64,000 nt of DNA, taken from positions 1,240,001 through 1,304,000 of the forward strand of contig JBLDXI010000074.1 in the NCBI GenBank assembly GCA_047495785.1, written 5' to 3'. Below, piece after piece: positions 40,619 to 51,599 of the stretch. This stretch comes from Lepidodermella squamata. Taxonomy: Eukaryota > Animalia > Gastrotricha. The notes under the pieces are model-generated. The model saw only the letters and a program-made list of their open reading frames with translations. It had not been told where the DNA came from and made no database searches. The first letter of the stretch is position 1, and every line of letters starts with the position of its first letter. A program made the translations under genes and the position numbers.

Positions 40619-41662
40619 CCAATTGGGTCTGGTTTGTTGCTACTAAAATCGGGAAAATCAGACAAAATATTATTACCTTATTTCGTGTAATTTTTGTTTA
40701 ATTTTTTGTGGACGCGCCTCCTTCGTCGGCGCGAGTAATATTTTTAAATAATTATTGGGAGCGCTCGGCGCATTGTTCTTGCGTATTTGCGGTTTCATTT
40801 TAACTCTTTAATTCAATCTGGGACACGCTCCCTGCGGTCGCGTGTTCGTTTTAAATTGGGTCATTTATTTTCTCTCGTGGCTACCTCATTTTTTAATCTG
40901 GTTTATTTATTGTCTTCAGGGCCATTGCTTGATAATTATAATTGAGATAATAGGTAAAATCAGGAATAATTTTTTTTACTGGACGCGCCCCCCTGCGGTC
41001 GGCGCGCATCCCTGTTTTTTAGGGTCATTTATTGTCTCTTTGGCCGCAAAGAAGCGCGTGCGCAATAATAGTGACCTGGGTCATTTAATTGTGTCAGGTC
41101 AATTATCGGAGCGCGCCTCCCTTCGGTCGGCGCGCACGTGCCATCTTCTGGGTTTCGGTTTTTTACCGGGTTGGGAATGTGACCCAGGTCATGAAATGAT
41201 TACGGGAGCGCGCCTCCCTTTGGTCGGCGCGCATATGCCTTTATACAGGGCTTGAGATTTTATTACAGGTAATGGAATGTGACCTGGGTCACGTTTTTTG
41301 GCAGGGCCGGGCGGACGCGGCAGGGGTCTCATTAATTTTACGCGGCAGCCCTATGGAATCCTAGTGGGCTGCCGCTGCGGCTGTCGTGATCAACAAAAAG
41401 GGGTGTTTTCCTCTATTTTCGGAAAAAGTTAAAATTTTCAAAAAATCGTAGAAAATCAACGGTTTATGACAGGGCAATTTGGAAATCAGATTCCAAGAGA
41501 CAATTTGCGACTGAATATGGAAAAAATTAGCAAGACGTAAGCACACCTCCACAGCGAATAAGCGGCAGGTCTATTGATGTCTTATCAAATGAAAAATGGG
41601 TGTTATTTTCAATAATTGTAATTTTCATATATATTTAAATAAATTTAACCAGAATCAAATGG

Positions 41663-41701
41663 ACGCTTCTCGGCCTTGATGACTATAGATCAAAAGTGTA
41701 G
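41663..41701 (+). ncRNA. U2 snRNA 5'-end-like fragment (non-functional)
   Basis: ACGCTTCTCGGCCTTGATGACTATAGATCAAAAGTGTAG versus U2 ATCGCTTCTCGGCCTTTTGGCTAAGATCAAGTGTAG; similarity stops at the branch-point-pairing region. Confidence 0.6.
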
Positions 41702-44700
41702 AAAGAGAAGGATGGGTCATAAAGGCATCCTAGTTATCTATTTTTCTCGTAATTTGGAATTTGCATATTTTACGGCTATTTATAATGGCCTTGTTCCTTC
41801 GGTCAATCTCTACAAATTTGAAATGAAATGATGAAAAATAGGTGAAAAAATTTCTCTGGCGCCTTGACCTATATTTCGGAATACGCGCGCACTCAGGTAA
41901 TTAGCGTGGCCGACTATATTATTGCTGTTAATTATGGGCTGAATTTTATATAATTTTTATCTCGCTGATTTTTCACTCGATTTTCATCGGGTAAAATTTG
42001 TTAGTCTCCGCTTGGCGAATATTATGTGGCTGCAAATTTTCAATTTTTTTAAATTAAAATTGGGAGAATTATAGCGTTTTGAAATTTTAAAGTACTGGCA
42101 TGCGTGAATGACCCAGTGTGTGTGCACGATGGCCTGGTAACAGTCGTGCACACTAATATTAGGCACTGTGCACGAAAAAAAGTGCGGTAAGGACGTTTTA
42201 TTGTGCGAGTCTTGTGTTCAAACAAATCCGGTGATTGGTGTAAAGCGCCTGACGCGAAGCTCCAAATGAGAGAAAGAAAAGCAATATAACCTCGATTCGA
42301 ACAGTAGTGCAATGATTTACATCCCAAAAATAATCGTGCGCGGACTCCTTAAGATAAATTGGAAACAGCATTTTACTGCTTTTTCCAGTAGACGGTCTCA
42401 AATTTAGAATGCCATGGCATATTGAATGGCGCGGAATCACAAATAAAGTACTTCTACTTAAATTAAATGCCCGATTTGTACGATTTATCTCTGCATGTTG
42501 ATTCTTCTAGTAATAGAAGTGAGAAGGGAATCGCTGGGAATCGTCCGAAATGAAGGACATGTCTCAGCGAAACCCCGCCCGGAATGCCAGGGTCCAAGTC
42601 TGAATAATGCATTTGGCAAGCTGGAATGCATGGCTTCAAATACAACTTACACATTATTCTGATTGAATCATTGAATATAAATCAACAAATAGTCTTTTAG
42701 AGCCCTATATCTGATGTGGTTCAGTGAGGAAATGGACGAGCGATCAAATTAACGTGAAATTAGCTACCCCAGTGTAGAGTGTACACTTGGAGCTATTTCA
42801 TTTTGCAAAATTAAGCATGAAATTTTATTTTTAAAGAGTTGAATTTCAGCTTCGGGTATCCCCAGTTCGTGAGGCATAAAATCGGGAATTGATGTCAATA
42901 TGTCAAGCTTATTCGATTAGTCAATCGACCAAGGAACAAGTCTGATGACACTTGACGCTGTAAAGCAATTAGCTTGGGGCGAATTAGGCGAAGAATGAGC
43001 CGGTTTCGCCGCAAGACAACAAGTCACGCATACGATTCACATACAAGACATAAAATGAAGCTAGGAGTGGCACAGAGTTTCTCCTGCGTTTCACCTATAA
43101 CTTATACAAGATTAGGTATCTATTTTTTTTAAATCGATTCGATTAGCCCATCAATGCAGCCGATGAAATGCAGCTTTCACGTGTTTTTCTTTGTGAGGTG
43201 TTGTTTCTTCTTCAATCATCACCCCTTTGGATTTGTACACTTGGCAGAGTTGAGAAGTTGAACTCGGGAAATAGCTAGTAAACTACTATAGTCGCCTCTA
43301 GATCGAACCAGCTGCCTAAAATGCAAGAAAACGAAATACACAAATTAATACTCGCGCAATTTTCTGTAAAACGTTGGTATAAAGCTTACGCTATTCTTCA
43401 CAATGTACATACTCTAGGTGCTAGGTAATAGTGGAAAAAGGCTTAAGCGTGAATAAATTTGGAGAAAAACTCGATGTAACCATGTGACTGAAATCGGGAA
43501 CGGTATCTCAGGAGGATTGTCAGCTCCAGAAAGTATGCCATCATCCAAAGTGAAACATGTTAATAGCCTAGACGGTCGCTTAATTTCAGCAAGACCCATT
43601 TTATAGCGGAAGCCAAGAGAACCCTTTTTCCAGCGGCTATTAACAATAAAAATAAAGTATTTACTTTTATGGATATTATGCTGAAATTAGATAGAAATTA
43701 GGAATAAATAAATCAGGAACCAAACATACATGTGAAAAGGGAAAAAAGTCGACGCTGAGGTGCGGCGATTTTCATGCCATGGTGTTCCGTGCTTCGGCGG
43801 AAGTCATGAAAATGCTAATCATCACACTCTAAAACTTTACACTACTTTACACTTTACACTGCTCTACACTTTCGTTTTATCGGAAGCCGGTCAAAGCCCG
43901 TGGCAATGTTAGAAAAGCTAAAACTCCAAAAACGCAGTTGACCAATGTGGCGTATGGGACTGTATACTGCCGCGTGTCTTTTTGCATTGACTTTCAAACT
44001 TCCGATATTCCGCATCGACTCCGGCAAAGCCAGTCTCAGCCACGGCGGGCCAGTGTTTTTCAACACCCTGCCAGTCCACTTCCATTGCTCACGTGGATAG
44101 CAGATACAGATACAAAGTCAGCCTTCCAACCCGCGAATATATGGAATCAAGGCCTGCGGGCTACGTCACCGCGAATGACTGTCGACAGCTTGTTTATGAA
44201 CATATACTTTGCTGTCGATTATTTTTATACTATACTTCATTTTATTTGTTGTTGACTGTTGACTGTTGACACGAAACGGAACAAACACATCAGATACTTG
44301 CACCTCGCATCTATTTTAAATCTAAATTATTTTTAGGTCGAATATTTCGAGTACTTACAAAGGGTGGCATTTGAGTGTGGCTTTTCTTTAAAAAAAATGC
44401 CCGGTGGTCCTGTCATTGGGTCACGGGGTGAACTCTTGATGGTTACCTATGTACTTCTGTCCGAGAACGAACCCGTTTTTCGGGGCCAGCCCCATTGCTT
44501 TCAAGAAAAAGACGAATATCCCATCCCGCTTCACGTATCAGAATTCTTGAATTATTTTCGACCACAAATCTCGAGCTACGAACACTATTTTCATATGCGC
44601 CATGCTAAGTTTTTCATTTTATCAAGTTCGAAATATCGAAATTCTCCGAATAGGAAGTCAAAGATCCATTTTCCTCTGCTCTATCTGACTTCAGCTATCA

Positions 44701-45010
44701 AACAATTGGAGAATAAAGACTAGTTCAAATTGTTTGCTAGCATCGCTTCGCTTCACTAAGCGCCGGTGTCTTGGGTAAACACGTCGCTCAGTTTATTCAA
44801 ATTCGCTGGCGATGATCGCAAACGTAGCAGGATGTCACATGATTTCAAGTTATCATTCGTTGAGTGCATCGGTATCTACGAATCACGTGCCTTATACGGT
44901 GAACACAGGTTCAAGGTTTACACAGTTGGCAAAGTTAGCAGAGGCCTAGCTATATAATCGCCAGGCTCCGCTGTACACTTTACGCTGTCTTTTTAAAATT
45001 TCGTTTAAAT

Positions 45011-45278
45011 ATGAGCAAGATCCTCCTTCTCACCCTTGTGGTGGTAGGTTTTCCGCTTTCGTGAGATATGATGATAGTGATACATATTCATTTAAAAGGC
45101 TGTCGCCGCTGTTGTAGCTGAGGCTAACGTCGAGCAAGAAGTAGCTCGTGTAGCTGGTAAACCATCAGGTGGCCGCGAAGCTGTCTACGAACAAGAAGTA
45201 GCTCGAGTAGCTGGTAAACCAGCAGGTGGCCGCGAAGCTGACTACGAACAAGAAGTAGCTCGAAGAAGAAGAGACTAG
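45011..45278 (+). CDS. Secreted multi-peptide precursor, family B copy B2 (exons 45011-45043, 45099-45278)
   Basis: MSKILLLTLVV|AVAAVVAEA-NVEQEVAR-VAGKPSGG-REAVYEQEVAR-VAGKPAGG-READYEQEVAR-RRRD*; 57-bp internal repeat; promoter homologous to B1. Confidence 0.8.
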
Positions 45279-47658
45279 ATCCAAATCTGAGTAATGTGGC
45301 TATGATTGTGGAGCCATCAAACGTTGCCAAACGCTTTTGTACGGTTTATGGTTTATTTGTGTGGTTTTTATTTATCATGCATTTGTAGTTTAGCCTGAAC
45401 TTTATTTTGAATTAGTTGAACGCTTCATGTTGCAGTGGTTCGGATAAATAATTATTGGCATTCATCTTTCAGGCTTTAGTTATGGATTCCGTTAATCAAA
45501 GAAAAGATTTCGCTGCGTTTATGTGACTATTTATATTAGCTTTTCGAGTATTCTATTTAGAGTTCTATTGCCATTAAAGAACTGGCGCTGCGCTAACTAG
45601 ACTTCTACTCCGAAGATAGCACCGACCTTCTTCAAGTTATACTCGTGATATTTCACAATGCTCAGCTGCTGAACCCGCCATTCAAAAATCAAATCCATCA
45701 AGAAATCTGCAATCACGTTCTATACCTATGCCAAGTTGAAAATTAGTTGTTCATGTGTTCACGGTCGAAAATGCAGTTTCATTTAAACAACGTGCAGCAA
45801 TACAAAATACAGAATGAAACCACACACCAGAAGTACAAAGAAAAACGGCATAAAACCGGGAGTTGATTTTGGGGGTCTTGGTCCACAGCTTGGTCCACGG
45901 ATTACCCAAAAAAACGTTTCAATTTAGGAGAACGAATAATACTATTTAAGAACCCGAAATTTGTGACCGTTGGACACCCTAATTCCACCTGTGCTTGGCG
46001 ATGAACGACTATAGTAGCTCGGCAGCTTCGGTAGCTCGGCAGCTATACGGCGCTGCGACCCGACATCCTCTGCCTTCGGCCAGCAATAGCCACTAGATAA
46101 CACTAGAGTGCTTGTGCTAAATATGCCTTACTATGTGCTTTAATCATGAATATGATGCTTGCACGCCAAAAAAGTTTAAGTTTAAGTTTAAGCTCGGCAT
46201 CGCAGCGCGGGGGTGCAAGAGAAGCAGCTGGAAGGGCTGCTGCACACAGGCCGCCGTTTACACGCTCCGCAACCCGTGGCCCAACAGGAAACAGGAACCT
46301 ACTCAGGTACTCAGGACGTCAGGAACCAGGAACAACCTGTAAAAGTGAAGAACAACAAAGAGCGGGTGAGAGAATAGGGTTACCGTTTTACCTGCGGTAA
46401 AAGGCCGGGAGGTCGTGTCGCAGTGAGGGCCTGGGACCGATTGCTAGGCCTCGTTGAAGCAACCAGGCAGCTGGATGAACCGGGCGGTGATCCGGGCGAA
46501 CAGGCGGTCTTCGCAGGCGGCAAGGTCGGCGGCGGCCAAGGCGGGCGGTAGCTGTGCGAGCAGTCCCTTTAGCTCGGCGGCGACGCTAATAAGCGCTGAG
46601 ATTTCTTGACGTTGGGCGGAAAGCACGGCTTGTAGGGACAGAAACTCACTAGTAGCGAGAGTCTGTCCCTGCTAGTTTGATGATTTCAACAAACTGAACG
46701 CTAAATTGATTCGAGATCATCTATGAGGTGAAGCAGTTACGAGGACTAGACTGGAAAACGCGCAATCAAGTTATGGCAAACCATTGTTTGTCTATGGCAG
46801 CCAATTAAGCTTTTGCTCCTTAATCAAAGAACAATCAGTTTCAAAAGAAAGGTTGTTATCAACAGGTAAACGCCTAAAAAATCTCTTGCAACATTAACAG
46901 AATCTAGCTTGGTGTCGGTATTGTAGTAGTCAAAAGTCAAAAGGAACATGACGATTCCCTATTCTAAGCATGCATCGAAGTACGCAGCATGTCTTAGTGT
47001 TAATCATATGACCATTAGCTGCTAACCAAGATCACAAGTTATTGAGGAAAGTTTGATAATGAATCATTTACTTTGACTTGAAACTTTCTGCCTGACAGCT
47101 AATCTTCCAGCCAGTTGAATATATTGCCGCAGACGTTGATATCTTCTAACTTGATCAGTTGATTTATTCGAGCGTGGCCACAAAATTACCTGTGACATGT
47201 GAAAATGTCGAAAATTTACGCTTTACTTAGCCCAGTATTTTCAGTGTTTTTCTAAGTACCCTTGAGTCATCCTTGAGTAAATACCGAAATCACCCAATTT
47301 TTCTCAGCTGTGTCTTGGGCTCATAAAACTCATATAGAAATTATAAATAGCGAGAAAAAAATTATAATTTTTGGGTCAGCTTTATATGTTAGCCAACACC
47401 GCATCGTTTCACTGAGCGCCCTTAAGTAAATACGCCGATGAACAATTCTAAACGATGTCATAGATGGCAGGATGCCAGCAACTTCCATCTATGAGTTGTC
47501 ACAAATCGGGCATTGGCATCCAGATGCTTCTAGCATCATTCGCGTGATCACTGGTTTACACAGTTGGCGGAGCGTTTAGCAGGGACATGCCTATTTAACC
47601 GCAAGGCTCCGAGGTAAAATTTCCATAATCATCTTTCGTTATAAAATTTCGATCAAAT

Positions 47659-48100
47659 ATGAACAAGATCCTCATTCTCACTCTTGTGTTGGTAGGTTTC
47701 CCGCTCAAACGAGATATCGATAGCGGCGCGCCAAAACAACCACTTAGATGATTCATTCGATCGTACTTAAAGTCGCCGAACGTAATGATAAAGTACGATA
47801 GGCCATTTGAGCACTGATTTTTTTCTACTCTCGATCGTACTATCCATATAAAATCTATAAATAGTAAAGTGGTTGTTTTGGCGCGCCGCTAACGATATGT
47901 TGTAATGTTGATTTCTATTAATTGAACAGGCTTTCTCTGCAGTGCTGGCTGTATCAGCACAGGACAACTACACCGAGGTAGCCCGGCACAACTGGCTGCG
48001 TGACTTGGAAAAGGAATCAGCTCGTGGAGGAAAGAAAGATGAAGCTGACTTCGAACAGGAATCAGCTCGTGGAAGAAAGAGAGGTGGCCGTGGGGGGTGA
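47659..48100 (+). CDS. Secreted multi-peptide precursor, family B copy B3 (exons 47659-47691, 47930-48100)
   Basis: MNKILILTLVL|AFSAVLAVSA-QDNYTEVAR-HNWL-RDLEKESAR-GGKK-DEADFEQESAR-GRKRGGRGG*; AATAAA near 48334. Confidence 0.8.
47718..47894. mobile_element. 177-bp MITE in the B3 intron with ATAT target duplication
   Basis: TIR CGATAGCGGCGCGCCAAAACAACCACTT / AAGTGGTTGTTTTGGCGCGCCGCTAACG, ATAT on both sides; the B2 intron has the empty site GAGATATG. Confidence 0.85.
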
Positions 48101-48914
48101 AGGCCGGTGAAGACTAATTACTCCAAATCTGATTAATGCAGCTGCGAAGCTCTGCTTGTGTTGAGCCGATTTAAAGCATATTCTAAGTGGCTGTGAAGCA
48201 TCACTTGTGGAGCCATTAACCTTTAGCCAGCTTTGGGGTCCGGTTTGCCTTTGTATGGTTTGCTTTTGTGTGGTCGCAGTTTATTATCCATCAGCTTTTC
48301 TTGAATTTTTATCTTTCATGATGTGGTTATTGGAATAAATTACTATTTGTCCATGTAGAAAAAAATCTCAACGTTAGACGGTCAGGAAATCATCGTAAAA
48401 TCTGGAGTTGAATTTGGGATCTTTGCCCACGACAAATCAATGTTTTATTGTCGAAAATGTACCAAAAACTACACGTTCGGCATTATTGCATTATTATTGT
48501 AAATTATGAGTGGAGCATTACAGTCATAGAGAATGGAGTGATGATAGTATGAAGCCGGATCATCTCAGCTAAATTTTTCGTTCTTGTCTTGGCTTTTATC
48601 TTTTATTGGTTTGGCTTGAATGCAAGTGTATTGAACTAAACCTACCTACCGGCGTAAGATTTTTCCTTGAACGATTGCCTAATAACAATTACGATTCAGC
48701 GGTATCTTTCCATAAATGTAAGTGGCGCAGGAGATACTTAGCGTTAAAGAAATCTCAGCGAGAGATTATCGACGTCAATTATTAATGAATTTTCTTCAGC
48801 GTAAGCTACTAGCTCATCCAGGAGGCTCTGCAGCTGCTAAGGGCTTTCTGCCAGTAGGACCAAGTCATCGGCGAATAGGATTGCCAAGACTACATATTCA
48901 CCGAAGGTCAAGCC

Positions 48915-49797
48915 AGGGAAAACTTTCATTTTCTCTTGGTTCTCATCAACTTCCTACCTGTCACTCGTACAAGGACCTCGGTCTGATCATCGACGACGGT
49001 CTCACGTTTCGCCCTCATCTTAACACTATTGTTACCAAAGCCTATAACTGCGTTAATGCTATTCTTAGAGCCTTTTATGGCCAGTCACCTTCCGTCCTCG
49101 CCTGGGCTTATCGCGTCTATTCTAGGCCTTTACTTGAATACCTACCTTCTATTTGGTCGCCTTACAAAAAATGTGACAAAGAACTTGTTGAAAATGTACA
49201 AAAATACTTTACCTGTCATGCCTTGGGCTTCTCTTCTCATGATCCTAACCGCCCTTCTCATAAACAAAGGCTTTTAATCCTCAAACTAGACACTTCGGAA
49301 AAGCGCCGAATTCTTTTAGATCTGTCTCTTCTGTACAAAATTTACTACAATGCAGTTGATTCGTCTATTTCTTCTTACATCGAACCCTTATCTACTAAAA
49401 CTCGCGGTCATTGTCATCGTCTTGGATATCGTCGATGTGATGACCGTTATCGCAATGCTACCTCGCCTCTTTTCGCAAATTTTTTTCTTAATCGCGTTCT
49501 TCCCATTTGGAACGAATTACCGTCTCATATTTTTCCTTCTTCTGACAATTTTGATACTAATCTGATATATTTTAAATCAAAAATACGTAAACCTGATTTT
49601 TCTAAACACTGCACTCTTACTAACTAATTTTACTACTTCATGCTCTTCAAAACTACATTCTCCCTCTTCAGAACTGTTTTATATCATTACATTACCCGCT
49701 ATACGGTTCAGAGTTAGTGGCCTGCGTGCCCTTCTGTTTCCTCGAATTTTGTACCATCATTTTTTTTTCATGAATATATTTTTCGAAATAAAATAAC

Positions 49798-49835
<38 letters not shown>
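48915..49835 (+). mobile_element. 5'-truncated CR1-like LINE, 3' end of ORF2 with (AAT)n tail
   Basis: KDLGLIID..LTF, RPLLEY..SIWSPY, ENVQKYFT, FFLNRVLPIWNELP; AATAAA and (AAT)n at about 49787-49835. Confidence 0.85.
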
Positions 49836-50805
49836 GGAAAGGTATGGGATCGTTTATAAAAATCGAAAACAAAAGTGGTGATAATGGGTCACCCTATCGG
49901 ACTCCCACGTTTGACTTTATTGGCTTATCGAATATCGCTGCCCGTGCCACAGCTGTTGGAGGCGTACGGCTAGGCGGCCCCGTTGTTGAGGCTGTGAAAA
50001 GCTGACTGAAAAAGCTAATTATTTCGCTGGCCTCAGGCATATCGACGTTGGTTTCAATGCTCTTCAGGCGATCTAGTTCGTTTGCTAGTTTGAAAATGTC
50101 GGCCGGGTGTGTTTCGATTAATTCAGCGAATTCTATCATGTACTACTATGTACTGGAAGTTACAAGAAAACGATAGCTCATCGCTTTCTCGATCGCAAGA
50201 ACCCTTGCTGTTCGCTAGGTTAATACCTAGGGTCTATTTCATCTCCTCGCAGAAAAATTGATATTTCATTGTGATTTTTCAGTGAGCGGATGAAATACAC
50301 CCCTAGTGTTGATAACAAAATCAAATCAACCAGCCTCACTATATCCCAAACCCCAAAAAATAGTTGAACTTTGACGCTTTATAGCATTTATAAAAAATGG
50401 CGGTGGGTGATTCCATATCATTTTCCTTTATCAACATCACACATTATCTAGAAATTTGTAGACAATTAACGATGGATTCTAGTGCATGTATTTGACGATT
50501 GCCTATTGCCGAATTGAACACCGGCTTATTCGTATGTCAATAAATAATATTGTTATTAGTTCAGCGATGATCATTCTTCATAAACACGTTAGAAAATTAA
50601 GCCGGAGCCGCCTCGCCCCTGTCATCGGGCTATCTATCATCAGTCGAGTGCATCGGTTCTCCGAAACACGCCGGTCGCCTACTCCCGCGCACGTGAAGGC
50701 AGGTTTGCACAGGTGCCGGACATCGGCCGGGAGAAGCCTATAAAATGGCGAGGCTGTGCTTCAACATTTCACAATCATTTTCGTTTATAAAAGTTTCGTT
50801 CAAAT

Positions 50806-51187
50806 ATGACCAAGATCATCCTTCTCACTATTTTGGTGGTAGGTTTACGTGAGATCTGATGATATATATTTTATGTATTCAATATTATTTTAACAGGCTT
50901 TCGCCGCGGTGCTCGCTGTCTCAGCTACTAGCAAGGTCGCAGCGTTGAATAAAGGTTCTAACAAGCACAGCCACGTCGTCCACAACATTGGTCAAGCCAG
51001 AGTTGAGCTTCAAAGAAGCTTCTTCGATCAACAAGGAGCTCATTTTGGTCCAGGGAGTATAGGCTTTCCGGGTCGCAGAGAGGCTGCCTACGAAGAGGAA
51101 TCAGCTCGTGGAGGTTCAATGACAGGTGGCCGTGAGGCTGATTTCGAAGAAGAGGTTGCTCGTAAACAAGGCCCCGGCCGATTCTAA
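50806..51187 (+). CDS. Secreted multi-peptide precursor, family B copy B4 (exons 50806-50838, 50897-51187)
   Basis: MTKIILLTILV|AFAAVLAVSA...VELQR-SFFDQQGAHFGPGSIGFPG-RREAAYEEESAR-GGSMTGG-READFEEEVAR-KQGPGRF*; TATAAAA near 50739. Confidence 0.85.
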
Positions 51188-51599
51188 GTGGCTGCTATCA
51201 ACCATCTATCATCAGTGGAGTTCATCAACCGATGTGAGTTGCTGTGTTGTGCTATCCGTGTGTAGCATGAACTTATGTTTTATCTGGAATTTCGACTTGT
51301 TTGTGTTGCGGTTATCGGTTATTTTAATAAATATTTATTTGCATTCAGCTGTCAGGCATTTGGTTAGGAAACCATCAACCTAAGGATTTCGCGGACTTAC
51401 TATGATTGCTATGATTTCCCGACTTGTTGCACTAGCGTAGAAATATTCCTATAACTTGTTTCGTTTATGATTTCGTCACAGTTAGCGGTTTCCTTTCATA
51501 GTCACGGTCATACTGGAATTTTTATTGGATTCTTTAAGCAAACGTGCAACAGTGTTGAGTACAAAATCACAACAAGATAAAAAGTAAACATTCATAACA

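Larger units (their letters stand above)
39960..42200. mobile_element. Non-coding nested inverted-repeat element with a GC-hairpin array
   Basis: Outer imperfect IR (GTGCACGA-rich, about 40060-40110 / 42118-42175), inner IR (40561-40635 / 41647-41719), six GGA..GCGCC-loop-GGCGCG hairpins; boundaries approximate. Confidence 0.55.

Noticed and set aside
40511-41234. Regularly spaced palindromes resembling a CRISPR array
   Set aside because: Eukaryotic context, irregular spacing, mutually related spacers and no cas genes.
36681-41701. RLE retrotransposon being inserted in the U2-like sequence
   Set aside because: The U2-like fragments are over 2.5 kb from the element ends and do not flank it.
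51163-51187. B4 C-terminal KQGPGRF as an RFamide neuropeptide
   Set aside because: RF is followed directly by the stop codon, with no glycine amide donor.
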